From contig JAQULM010000001.1 in the NCBI GenBank assembly GCA_028718605.1, forward strand, positions 19,244-83,243: a stretch of DNA of 64,000 bases, given 5' to 3'. The DNA is from Patescibacteria group bacterium. GTDB taxonomy: Bacteria > Patescibacteriota > Patescibacteriia > UBA10025 > JAHIVO01. The position numbers and the translations under genes were made by a program. Positions 17,808 to 27,465 of the stretch are shown one piece after another. A model generated the notes under the pieces. That model was not told where the DNA came from. It did no database searches and saw only the letters and a list, made by a program, of their open reading frames with translations. How positions within the stretch are numbered: position 1 is the first letter of the stretch; every line of letters starts with the position of its first letter.

Positions 17808-18860
17808 TTATTGCTTATCGATTAAGAAAATTACGACACCAATAACAGCGGTTACGCCAGCAATAATCCAAAAGCGCATAACAATTTTAGGTTCTGGCCA
17901 TCCTTTTGCCTCAAGATGGTGATGCAATGGCGCGGATAAAAATATTTTTTTATGCAAAAATTTTCTAGCACAAAGTTGGATAATGACTGAAAGAGAAACG
18001 ACAACAAATGCCAGGCCGATAATCGGCAAAAGCAATGCGGCATTGGTAAGCATTGCGACAATCCCAAGCGTGACTCCGAGTGACATTGCGCCGGTATCTC
18101 CCATAAAAAAACGCGCGGGATTGATATTGAACCATAGGAAAGCAAGAAGTGCACCGATAATGACACCGCAGAAAGCGGCAAGATTATATTTACCCTGTGC
18201 GAATGCGATACATCCATACGCGCCAAATGCTGCAAGCAAGGTTCCGCCAGCTAAACCATCGAGCCCATCAATCTCGTTAACTGAAAATGCGGTAGAAACG
18301 ATTATAAAAATAAATATTGGGACATACCAAATTCCAATATCAAAATTCCCAAGGAACGGGACGTGAATGGTGGTCCAGTCAAGCTTAGAATAAAACCAGA
18401 TTGCGCCAACAACAGCGATCAGTGTGTATATTATTAGTTTGTAGCGCATGCGCAAACCGCCGTTTGCCGGCCCGATACCACGCACATTAAGAATATCATC
18501 AAATAAACCAACAAACGCTGACGCAATCAATGCGCCTAAGGGTAAGAGTGTTTCTGGTCTCGTTAAAAAATTCAGCTTTTGGATGCTTTCGATTGGAATA
18601 ATCGATCTAAATACAAAGAACAGCAGTGCTAAAAAAAGTGTCGTTAACCAAATGAGAACCCCTCCCATGGTCGGAGTTCCCGCTTTGCCCTGATGAAGTT
18701 TGGTGAAAACTGGCGTTTCCGCCTCATCACGGATCTTTTTGCCAAGACGGTATTGGTATAATAAATGTGTCAAAAGAGGCGTCCATGCGAACGCGACAAC
18801 AAATGAAAGAGTCGTTAATATAAAGACTTTTATTATATCAAAATTTGGTTCTACTCCCAT
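17808..18860 (-). CDS. mraY: Phospho-N-acetylmuramoyl-pentapeptide transferase MraY
   Basis: 350 aa polytopic membrane protein of the MraY/WecA family (DD..N..DGLDGLA motif present). Confidence 0.9.
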   Translation of the reverse strand: MGVEPNFDIIKVFILTTLSFVVAFAWTPLLTHLLYQYRLGKKIRDEAETPVFTKLHQGKAGTPTMGGVLIWLTTLFLALLFFVFRSIIPIESIQKLNFLTRPETLLPLGALIASAFVGLFDDILNVRGIGPANGGLRMRYKLIIYTLIAVVGAIWFYSKLDWTTIHVPFLGNFDIGIWYVPIFIFIIVSTAFSVNEIDGLDGLAGGTLLAAFGAYGCIAFAQGKYNLAAFCGVIIGALLAFLWFNINPARFFMGDTGAMSLGVTLGIVAMLTNAALLLPIIGLAFVVVSLSVIIQLCARKFLHKKIFLSAPLHHHLEAKGWPEPKIVMRFWIIAGVTAVIGVVIFLIDKQ

Positions 18861-18866
18861 ACAGTA

Positions 18867-19217
18867 TTATGCATTGAGCTCAATGATAAGGTATGAGGCG
18901 ACAAGAAGAATAATCTGCTGAAGAATGGTACAATATCCAATCATCATTGCAAGGTTTGCACTGCGTTTGTGAGTAAATAATGCGAGTAGGAAATTGATGA
19001 TGACCAGTGATAAGCCTGCGGCCGGAAGAATATAAATGCGAGCCCACGGACCGATTAGATCAACGCCGTAGTAAATGTTATAATGGAGGTATAAAATATC
19101 GCTATGGCTGCCTAAACTGAAAAAAATATACGCCCATATGCTGCAATTCAGCAATATGCTGATGATAACGGGAAGCCTGACTTTTTTATCATGAATTGTA
19201 TTCGTCAACGCAATCAT
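18867..19217 (-). CDS. Small hypothetical membrane protein immediately upstream of mraY
   Basis: 116 aa, 3 TM, 6-bp gap to mraY. Its start abuts the divergent 19220 gene with no intergenic space, so the true start may be internal. Confidence 0.3.
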   Translation of the reverse strand: MIALTNTIHDKKVRLPVIISILLNCSIWAYIFFSLGSHSDILYLHYNIYYGVDLIGPWARIYILPAAGLSLVIINFLLALFTHKRSANLAMMIGYCTILQQIILLVASYLIIELNA

Positions 19218-19219
19218 AA

Positions 19220-21025
19220 ATGAATTTTACTGGAATAATCGAACGGAAATTTATTCTTGCAATGTGCGTAATCCTGCTCATTGGTTTCATGCTTTTTCTG
19301 CAAGTATCTTCCGCCCTCCAGGAAACTCAAACAATTGACGAAGGCGTACATCTTGCTGCTGGTTTTAGTTACCTCATGAAAAATGACTTTCGGATGAATC
19401 CTGAACATCCTCCTCTGCTTAAGGAGCTTGCCGCACTTCCCTTATTTATTATAAAAAATAAACTCCAGTCGCCATTTTCGCATTATAGTTGGCTTACTTC
19501 AAATGAATGGCAATTTGCGCGAGATCTACTGTATGAAAATTCTTTATCTCCCGATGTGATCCTCTTTTTGGGCAGGATTCCATTCATGCTATTGAGCGCC
19601 CTGCTGTGTGTGTTCGTATTCAAGTGGTCGCGAGAATTATTTAGCACCTGGGGCGGACTCCTTTCACTAACGCTCTTCTGCTTGTGGCCGACGATCATCG
19701 CGCATGGCAGGTACGTCACTACCGATGTCGGCGTCGGATTATTATACTTCTTAACAATATACTATTTTTATAAATATCTCAAGTATACAAGCATCAGAAA
19801 TATGCTTTTTTGCGCTGGCTTTTTTGCGCTAGCAATCAGTGCAAAATTTTCCGCCTTACTTCTTATCCCAACTATTTTTATAATTTATGTACTGTACCTG
19901 GTCCGGCTCTATAACAGTCAACTGCAAAAAACGTCAGTTAAACGTTTCCTTTGGTTTCTGCTTGCACTGGTAGCATTTTCATTTATTGCCCAGCAGCTCA
20001 CCTATGGATTTGAATGGAAAATTCCTTGGCAGGACCCTGATGTTCAGAATCTTTATAGAATTCGGGAAAATATTTTATCTTCAGGACAATTCGATCAAAA
20101 AGGCTCCCTCGTGCAGCATCTAGTAACGTGGTCAGACCCAGCAAAGCCACTCGGCAAATTCCTCCAAACTATTGGGCAAAAAATTCCAGTCCCTTCCTAC
20201 TCATACTGGAAAGGTTTTGTAATTTTGATGACACACAATTATGGCGGCCACATGTCATATCTGATGGGAAACTATTCTCAGTACGGTTGGTGGTATTACT
20301 TTCCGATCGCCTTTCTCGTCAAAACGCCACTTTCAATCCTAGCGCTAACAGTGTTTCTTATCGGTATTTGTCTCTATGGAATATATCGTCGGTTTCGGCA
20401 TAATCGGTTTATCCTCGCTTTTCAAAAAATTCCACTGTATTCAATAGTGATTTTTGTTACAATCGTTTTATACCTTGGATTTAGTATGGCTTCGAGCATT
20501 AATATTGGGGAACGCCACATAATTCCTTTGTACCCATTTTTAGCTGTTGCTCTTGGCGCGATAACAACAGTACGAATTAAGAAGATAAGATATAAGAGAA
20601 TTTTTTCCGCCTTTCTTACGATGACGGTAGCTTATTCTTTTGTTTCCGTCCTCTGCATTAGTCCTGATTTCTTGGCGTATTTTAATGAATTCGCCGGAGG
20701 CCCAGATAATGGACCTCGTTATTTAGTAGATTCTAATATTGATTGGGGTCAGGATGTGAAAAAATTAAAGCACTATTTAACTCAAACAAATACGCCGTAT
20801 GTTTGCATGAGTTATTTTGGGCAAGCGAAACTCGATTATTATGGGATTGACTATCGGTATTTGCCCACAAATGAAACATTTACCAGTACGGAATCGATTG
20901 ATTGTTTAGTCGCGATTAGCGTCACGAGTTTGCTCTCATCCGATGGGTCATATGAATGGCTTCGGCACTTTAATCCGACTAATAAAATCGGATATTCAAT
21001 ATACCTTTACGATTTTCGTAATTGA
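19220..21025 (+). CDS. GT-C fold glycosyltransferase, family 39/83-like (ArnT/PMT-type phospholipid-carrier-dependent)
   Basis: 601 aa with 11 or more TM segments. The first extracytoplasmic loop carries DEGVHLAAGFSYL...NPEHPPL, the DE/HPPL signature of PMT/ArnT enzymes. Confidence 0.6.
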   Translation: MNFTGIIERKFILAMCVILLIGFMLFLQVSSALQETQTIDEGVHLAAGFSYLMKNDFRMNPEHPPLLKELAALPLFIIKNKLQSPFSHYSWLTSNEWQFARDLLYENSLSPDVILFLGRIPFMLLSALLCVFVFKWSRELFSTWGGLLSLTLFCLWPTIIAHGRYVTTDVGVGLLYFLTIYYFYKYLKYTSIRNMLFCAGFFALAISAKFSALLLIPTIFIIYVLYLVRLYNSQLQKTSVKRFLWFLLALVAFSFIAQQLTYGFEWKIPWQDPDVQNLYRIRENILSSGQFDQKGSLVQHLVTWSDPAKPLGKFLQTIGQKIPVPSYSYWKGFVILMTHNYGGHMSYLMGNYSQYGWWYYFPIAFLVKTPLSILALTVFLIGICLYGIYRRFRHNRFILAFQKIPLYSIVIFVTIVLYLGFSMASSINIGERHIIPLYPFLAVALGAITTVRIKKIRYKRIFSAFLTMTVAYSFVSVLCISPDFLAYFNEFAGGPDNGPRYLVDSNIDWGQDVKKLKHYLTQTNTPYVCMSYFGQAKLDYYGIDYRYLPTNETFTSTESIDCLVAISVTSLLSSDGSYEWLRHFNPTNKIGYSIYLYDFRN

Positions 21026-21047
21026 AGATTTGCAAATATCTGAAGTT

Positions 21048-21076
21048 TTGACGAATACAAAAAAATGTGATATAAT
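21048..21076 (+). promoter_or_regulatory. Strong sigma70-type promoter upstream of pilB
   Basis: -35 TTGACG (21048-21053), a 17-nt spacer, then an extended -10 TGaTATAAT (TATAAT at 21071-21076). It lies 27 nt before the pilB ATG. Confidence 0.55.
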
Positions 21077-21102
21077 AAAAGCACTTTTTTGACCAATTTC
21101 CT

Positions 21103-22833
21103 ATGATTCCTGATAAGGAATTAATCGAGATTATCAAGCAAACCAAGATAATACCCGACGAGCAGCTTTCCGAGGCTGCCGCACGGGCACAGTCGGAGAC
21201 TATTCCCCTCTCCCAGTATATTGTCGACAAGAATCTTGTTTCCGAAAATTCGCTTTTTGAATCTATAGCGAATTATTACAAAATTCCTTTTATTGATTTG
21301 CGCAGGGCTACGATTCGGAAGGATATTTTGACTCTTATCCCGGAAACGATCGTCCAGTCCTATCAAATCGTAGCATTTGAAAAAACTGAAACCGGGCTTA
21401 AAGTTGCTACAGTAGACCCGAAAAATTTGCAAATAATTGAGTTCCTGAGAAAAAAAACAGGCCTTTCAATTTTAGTGAACGTAACGACACCCTCCAGCGT
21501 TAAGGAAATTTTATCTCAATTCCACAAAGGCCTTTCCTCGGAATTTAAAAAAATTTCAAAAGCAGAGGAATCCAACGATTCGTCAAAGATCGAGGACCTC
21601 AAGCAACTTGCCCAGGATTTGCCGATCGTCAGGATAGTTGACACACTGCTCGAGTATGCAATATTCGAGGAGGCCTCTGATATTCACATCGAACCAACCG
21701 AAAAAGATATCCTTATCCGCTATCGAGTTGATGGCATACTGCGCGAGGTGATGCGTTTGCCGAAAAAAGTCCAAGCGGGCATCACGGCACGTATCAAAAT
21801 TTTATCAAATTTAAAAATCGACGAGCACCGACTTCCCCAAGACGGCCGTTTTAAGATTTCCACTGCTGACTATAAAATTGCTTTTCGTGTATCGATTATT
21901 CCCGTTTTTGACGGTGAAAAAATCGTCATGCGTCTGCTGAATGAGTCTGCAAAAATACTGTCTCTTGAACAAATCGGGCTTCAGCTTAAAGCCCTCGATG
22001 TCATAAAAATAAATGTAAAAAAATCCCAGGGCATGATTCTGGTAACAGGCCCAACGGGCAGTGGAAAAACTACAACACTCTATACAATACTCAATATACT
22101 GAATGACCCGAAAGTTAATATCTCCACTATTGAAGACCCGATTGAATATCGCATGCAACGGGTAAATCAAAGCCAGGTAAATCCCAAAATTGGATTTACC
22201 TTCGCGAATGGCCTTCGTTCACTTCTGAGGCAAGATCCAAATATTATCATGGTTGGGGAAATCCGAGACCAAGAAACTGCTGAAATTGCTACTCATGCAG
22301 CCATGACGGGGCATCTGGTACTGTCTACCCTTCACACAAACGATGCAGCAACCACCTTGCCTCGACTAGAAGAAATGGGTGTTCCTCCTTTTTTAGTCGC
22401 CACAACAACAAATATTGTAATTGGCCAGCGCCTTGTCAGGAGGATCTGTTCAAACTGTATTAACAGTTATACGCTTTCTACAAAAGCAATTAATGAACTG
22501 AAAAAAAGCTACGATTTATCCGCAATTTTTCAGGTCCTTCAGGATCAGGGAATTATCCTCTCATCGAAGGCTCCAATCGAATCCCTCCTTTTTTACAAAG
22601 GTAAAGGTTGCAAACAATGTAATAATTCCGGGTATAAGGGCCGCGTCGGCATTTACGAGGTTCTCGAGGTTACGAAGGACATACAAAAACTGATAACTGA
22701 AAAAGCGTCAAAACTTGATATTCTCGCAGCTGCTCGCGCGAATGGGATGTTAACGATGGTCGAGGACGGTTTTATAAAAGCAAAAAACGGAGTCACATCA
22801 ATCGAAGAAGTGCTCCGCGCAACGCAAGAATAA
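21103..22833 (+). CDS. pilB: Type IV pilus assembly ATPase PilB (GspE family)
   Basis: 576 aa with a T2SSE_N domain, Walker A VTGPTGSGKTTT, Asp/His boxes and a tetracysteine motif (CSNC...CKQC). Confidence 0.9.
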   Translation: MIPDKELIEIIKQTKIIPDEQLSEAAARAQSETIPLSQYIVDKNLVSENSLFESIANYYKIPFIDLRRATIRKDILTLIPETIVQSYQIVAFEKTETGLKVATVDPKNLQIIEFLRKKTGLSILVNVTTPSSVKEILSQFHKGLSSEFKKISKAEESNDSSKIEDLKQLAQDLPIVRIVDTLLEYAIFEEASDIHIEPTEKDILIRYRVDGILREVMRLPKKVQAGITARIKILSNLKIDEHRLPQDGRFKISTADYKIAFRVSIIPVFDGEKIVMRLLNESAKILSLEQIGLQLKALDVIKINVKKSQGMILVTGPTGSGKTTTLYTILNILNDPKVNISTIEDPIEYRMQRVNQSQVNPKIGFTFANGLRSLLRQDPNIIMVGEIRDQETAEIATHAAMTGHLVLSTLHTNDAATTLPRLEEMGVPPFLVATTTNIVIGQRLVRRICSNCINSYTLSTKAINELKKSYDLSAIFQVLQDQGIILSSKAPIESLLFYKGKGCKQCNNSGYKGRVGIYEVLEVTKDIQKLITEKASKLDILAAARANGMLTMVEDGFIKAKNGVTSIEEVLRATQE

Positions 22834-22834
22834 T

Positions 22835-24052
22835 ATGCCTGATTACGCTTACACTGCCCGTACGCCGGATGGAAAATTAGTGAAAGATCGGATCCGGATG
22901 AAGGATGAAAAAACCCTTGCTGAGTATCTCAAAGGGCGCGGTTTGATGTTGACCTCATCAAAATCGCTGGATAAGAAAAGTAAATTTTCGATTCAGAATA
23001 TGTTGAAAGGCATGAGCAAAGTGCCTATTGTGCAAAAAATATTTTTTACACAAAATTTGTCAATCATGGTAAAAACAGGGTTTCCGCTTGCTCAAGCATT
23101 GCAGACTCTCGCAAAACAAACGACAAATAAATTTTTTCAGGAAGTTATCACGGAAATACAGCATGATATCGAGGCAGGTATCTCTTTTTCAAATGCACTC
23201 CAGAAGCATCCGAAGGTTTTCTCTGAAGTCTTTATCAACATGATAGCAGCTGGTGAAGCGAGCGGTAAGCTTGATGAAATTCTTATTAATCTTACCACCC
23301 AATTGAAAAAAGATCATGCAATCATGGCAAAAGTAAAAAGTGCAATGATGTACCCTCTTGTTGTTATTACAGCAATGGGTGGAATTGGTATTATCATGTT
23401 AGTCACCGTCATTCCCCAGCTTACATCAATTTTTACAGAATCAGGCATGGTGCTTCCCCTTCCGACAAGAATTCTGATCGGGTTTAGCGATTTAATCACC
23501 CATCAAGGAGTCTATATCCTCTTAGCGGCTTTTATTCTTGTTCCGGTTTTTTTAAGGTTTAAAAAAACTTACAAAGGAAAATTATATATTCATAAAATGT
23601 TACTTACCATGCCGCTCATCTCAGGCATAATAAAAAAAATAAATATAACGCGTTTTACGCGAACCCTAAGCTCATTATTAAAAACAGATATTCCGATCGT
23701 ACAAACGCTTCAAATAATTTCTAAAACCCTCAGTAATATCTATTACAAAGAAGCAATGATTGACGCATCCGAGAAGGTAAAAAAGGGCATAAGCATTGTA
23801 AAATCACTCGAGGAAAAGCCAAAACTATTTCCTCCGATTGTAACGCAGATGATCAATATTGGTGAAGAAAGCGGTACGCTTGACAGCATAGCAGAATCCA
23901 TGGCGGTCTTCTACGAGGAGGACGTCGATCAAACAATGGCTGGATTGTCCGCAATCATTGAGCCAATCTTGATGCTTATTCTTGGCGTCGCTGTTGCGTT
24001 TATGGCTCTTTCCGTTCTCATGCCCATGTACGGACTTGTTGAAGCGATCTAA
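22835..24052 (+). CDS. pilC: Type IV pilus platform protein PilC (GspF family)
   Basis: 405 aa with two T2SSF repeats and 3 TM. It starts 2 bp after pilB. Confidence 0.9.
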   Translation: MPDYAYTARTPDGKLVKDRIRMKDEKTLAEYLKGRGLMLTSSKSLDKKSKFSIQNMLKGMSKVPIVQKIFFTQNLSIMVKTGFPLAQALQTLAKQTTNKFFQEVITEIQHDIEAGISFSNALQKHPKVFSEVFINMIAAGEASGKLDEILINLTTQLKKDHAIMAKVKSAMMYPLVVITAMGGIGIIMLVTVIPQLTSIFTESGMVLPLPTRILIGFSDLITHQGVYILLAAFILVPVFLRFKKTYKGKLYIHKMLLTMPLISGIIKKINITRFTRTLSSLLKTDIPIVQTLQIISKTLSNIYYKEAMIDASEKVKKGISIVKSLEEKPKLFPPIVTQMINIGEESGTLDSIAESMAVFYEEDVDQTMAGLSAIIEPILMLILGVAVAFMALSVLMPMYGLVEAI

Positions 24053-24072
24053 TTGCGCCTGATTATTAAACC

Positions 24073-25053
24073 ATGCACATAAAAATTCAGCGTTATCTCT
24101 GCGTCGGGGGGCGAGGATATACGCTCGTTGAATCACTCGTGGCTATCGGCGTTGTCTCGCTTCTAATTTTGATTTTCGGCACGTCATATACCATCGTTAC
24201 CGTAAACCAAAATTATCGTCACAAAAATCTCGCATATAATCTTGCCCTCGAAGAAATTGAAGCGCTCCGCGATACGCCATTTGAAAATCTTACCGACAGA
24301 ACAAACGCTGCCTTTATTAATGTTGCGCATAATATCGGCCAATGGACGGTACAATATGCATCTGATGCGCCGAGTCCATCCTACATCTATGAGCTTGAAT
24401 CCCCTACCGGGAACCCGTCAGGCACAACAGGTACGGCAATAATCCCGGGCTTTGACTATACAAATTTTACTTTTACAGCACAGGTTAAAATAATTTCAGG
24501 TTCACCCATAACATCAAGGGCAGGGCTCTTTTATAGATATATCGACGCAAATAATTACTATTCCACCTACTTTACTGCTACAAATCTTTATGTTTCAAAA
24601 GTCGTTGATGGAGTTGAGTCAATACTCAGTTCAAAAATAAAATCTTTTTCTGCCGGGACATGGTATAAACTCGCTGTTACAGCCACGGGCACTACGTTTG
24701 AAATCTACGTTAACGACATGCTCGAACTATCTTCAACTGACGCCGGGGAGTCATTTTCATACGGTCGCTGCGCTTTATACGGAGCAAACTCAGCGAATTT
24801 ACAATATGATTCTGCCAGCATTACCGAAGATTCTACCCTCACATGGAATTTCGACGCTGATACGCTTGGCGGGGTTGCTGAAGGTTGGCAGCGGTTCGGA
24901 ATCGATGATCTGCCATCAGGAACCGAGAAACTCACAATTGAGGACGAAGTGCCAGGATCATCCGAGATTAAAAAAGTTACCGCACGCGTAGAATGGCAGG
25001 AAAAACATAACACTCGTTTTGCCGAAATCGTGACACTAATCAATGAACACTAG
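24073..25053 (+). CDS. Large type IV pilin with a C-terminal LamG/ConA-like beta-sandwich domain
   Basis: Class III signal: leader MHIKIQRYLCVGGRG, then YTLVESLVAIGVV with Glu at +5. The 326-aa protein has a C-terminal region (FTAQVKIISGSPITSRAGLFYRYID...TWYKLAVTATGTTFEIYVND) typical of concanavalin-like lectin folds. Confidence 0.7.
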   Translation: MHIKIQRYLCVGGRGYTLVESLVAIGVVSLLILIFGTSYTIVTVNQNYRHKNLAYNLALEEIEALRDTPFENLTDRTNAAFINVAHNIGQWTVQYASDAPSPSYIYELESPTGNPSGTTGTAIIPGFDYTNFTFTAQVKIISGSPITSRAGLFYRYIDANNYYSTYFTATNLYVSKVVDGVESILSSKIKSFSAGTWYKLAVTATGTTFEIYVNDMLELSSTDAGESFSYGRCALYGANSANLQYDSASITEDSTLTWNFDADTLGGVAEGWQRFGIDDLPSGTEKLTIEDEVPGSSEIKKVTARVEWQEKHNTRFAEIVTLINEH

Positions 25054-25055
25054 AT

Positions 25056-25601
25056 ATGTCACTCGCTGAAATGCTAACAACAATTTTTATTCTGGTTTTA
25101 ATTACGGTTCTTCTCGTCACCGTATACTTTATGTATACCAATGTCTATAAAGTGCAGACTGCATACAATCAGCTCAATACGGAGGCGGCGATTACGATCG
25201 ATTCCGTTACCCGTACGATACGAGTAGCTGACCAAGTGCTAACATCCGCAACTATAAATGGAACTGAATACACTACCGATCAAGACACACTTGTTCTTGG
25301 GCTGCTCAGTATCGATGCAAATGGCGACATCATTGCTGATACCAACGATCAAATCGCATATTATCGAGATCCACTCGACCCGTCGCTTTTGAAATCCGAT
25401 GTGCAGACAGGCGCTGGAAGCAGCCGTTCATCTGGCATACGCGTTATCGGTGAATATATTTCGACGTTAATATTTAACTATAATAACACTGATTACGCTA
25501 ATGTTGATAAAATTGAAACTATTTTTGAATCACGAAACACAGCAAGCAATAAAGTGCTATCAATAACGGTTCAAAACACAACCACCTTGCGCAACAATTA
25601 A
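25056..25601 (+). CDS. Pilin-like or pseudopilin-like protein (non-canonical N-terminus)
   Basis: 181 aa with an N-terminal hydrophobic helix MSLAEMLTTIFILVLITVLLV, without a clean G/F-x-x-x-E signal. It sits between two pilin genes. Confidence 0.4.
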   Translation: MSLAEMLTTIFILVLITVLLVTVYFMYTNVYKVQTAYNQLNTEAAITIDSVTRTIRVADQVLTSATINGTEYTTDQDTLVLGLLSIDANGDIIADTNDQIAYYRDPLDPSLLKSDVQTGAGSSRSSGIRVIGEYISTLIFNYNNTDYANVDKIETIFESRNTASNKVLSITVQNTTTLRNN

Positions 25602-27461
25602 GTGTCTATGAATACAACCACCGAACAACGCGGCATTTCACTATTTTCAGTAATTGTATTTCTTTCAATCATTTTATTGTTGAGTCTTTCTCTGATAAGT
25701 TATGCAATGTTCAATAGGTCAACCGTACAGCTGAAATATTTAACTGCGCAATCACTCAATGTTGCGGAAGCAGGGATCGATAAAGCACTATGGTGCCTGA
25801 ATAACCCGACGCTGTGTGCAACCCCCTATCTTGGGGAGACAACGGATTTCGGTCCTGGCCAATTTGCAACAACCATTACCACGATTGGTGATGGATATAT
25901 TGTCGAGTCCACCGGGACGGTCCAAGGAAAACAAAAAAAACTGAAAGTTACGATCTCCCAGGAGCAAACCGAAAGCAATGCCTCGTTTTTTTATGGAGTT
26001 CAGGTTGGGATTGGTGGCGTACATTTATCTCAGAATGCATATATCGATGGTAATGTATATGCCAACGGCTCTGCAATCGGAGAAAACAACTCCTACATAA
26101 CCGGAGATGTAATATTGACTCCAAGCAATCCCACAACAGATGCCGTATCAAGCCCGGATGTCAGCCCGCTGACGACCAAAAACTTTGGCGATGCGAGCAA
26201 TACAGAGTATCTTGCCCAAAGTTTTGTGCCAACGGTTACTGACAAAATCTACAGCATCGACCTTAAAATCGCAAAACATAATTCTCCGTCCACCTCGGTA
26301 ACCTTGTATATCTACACTACAAGCGGAGACAATCCCGGCACAAATATTTCAGGTGGCGGCCAGCAAATTACCGTAACGGTCCCTGCTGATTCCCCCGCCG
26401 GGTGGGAAAACGGATGGACGACTCAAGCATTCAACCCATCAACGAATCCGATTTTACTGGCAGGGACGAAATATTGGCTTATTCTTAAAGTTAGCAACAA
26501 TAATAGTTCTAAATATTGGGTATCAGCGCGTGATTCTGATAATTTGTCCTACAGTGCCGGTCAATCAAAACTTGACGGTGATCTGACTGCAATGCCCGAT
26601 ACCTGTGTCGGCGGTTGCGATATCGCTTTTCAGATTAATATGGGCGGTGTTGCCCCTACTCTGGACATCCCATCAGTCGAAGGCAATGGTTATTCCCGAA
26701 TTATCAAAAATACTACTGTCGGGCAAAAGGCGTACTACGATAGCTTATCAGGTACAGTAAAAGCTTCTGGCGGAACAGACACATGCAGTGAAGATGAGAA
26801 TGGACCGAATTGTTATGATAATCAATCCGATCAGCCAGTTCAGGACTTCCCTATCTCGAGCGCAATTATTTCTCAGATGGAAGCAGCCGCAGAATCAGGC
26901 GGAACTGAATCATCGGATTGTACAATTACTGATACCGAATCAATCGGTCCTAAAAGGTACAATTGCGACATCACCATCGATGGAACAGTAACTATTGCAG
27001 GCACGGTTTGGGTAAATGGCAATATTACATTAAATGAAAACGCAATACTTAAGCTTGACTCTGGATATAGCACTGAGAGTGGTATGATTATTGCAGACTA
27101 TATTTCCGATCCGACGATAAAAGGTAGATTAATAATGAACAACAATACAAACATTTGTGGAACGGATTGTGCGATCCCAAACGAAACGTACATTATGGGA
27201 ATTTCGACATACCGCGATCCACTCGACACCACCAGCGCCATTGAAGTTTCAAACAATTTGTCGGGCAGTATCATGTACGCGCCGTACGGGATCATTTCAA
27301 TCGCAAATAACGCATCCCTCAAGGAAGTGACGGCTCAAAAGCTTGTCCTGAAAAATAATGCCTATGTGATCTATGAATCTGGCCTTGCGAATGTAAAATT
27401 TTCAAACGGCCCAGGAGGCATATGGGCTATCGAATCTGATACGTGGACCGAAATAAATTAA
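25602..27461 (+). CDS. PilX-N-domain minor pilin with a very large Gly/Asn/Thr-rich C-terminal domain (putative tip adhesin)
   Basis: 619 aa. The N-terminus QRGISLFSVIVFLSIILLLSLSLISYAMFNRSTVQL...AQSLNVAEAGIDKAL matches the PilX_N pattern. The remainder is low-complexity, beta-helix-like sequence. Confidence 0.55.
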   Translation: MSMNTTTEQRGISLFSVIVFLSIILLLSLSLISYAMFNRSTVQLKYLTAQSLNVAEAGIDKALWCLNNPTLCATPYLGETTDFGPGQFATTITTIGDGYIVESTGTVQGKQKKLKVTISQEQTESNASFFYGVQVGIGGVHLSQNAYIDGNVYANGSAIGENNSYITGDVILTPSNPTTDAVSSPDVSPLTTKNFGDASNTEYLAQSFVPTVTDKIYSIDLKIAKHNSPSTSVTLYIYTTSGDNPGTNISGGGQQITVTVPADSPAGWENGWTTQAFNPSTNPILLAGTKYWLILKVSNNNSSKYWVSARDSDNLSYSAGQSKLDGDLTAMPDTCVGGCDIAFQINMGGVAPTLDIPSVEGNGYSRIIKNTTVGQKAYYDSLSGTVKASGGTDTCSEDENGPNCYDNQSDQPVQDFPISSAIISQMEAAAESGGTESSDCTITDTESIGPKRYNCDITIDGTVTIAGTVWVNGNITLNENAILKLDSGYSTESGMIIADYISDPTIKGRLIMNNNTNICGTDCAIPNETYIMGISTYRDPLDTTSAIEVSNNLSGSIMYAPYGIISIANNASLKEVTAQKLVLKNNAYVIYESGLANVKFSNGPGGIWAIESDTWTEIN

Positions 27462-27465
27462 AAAA

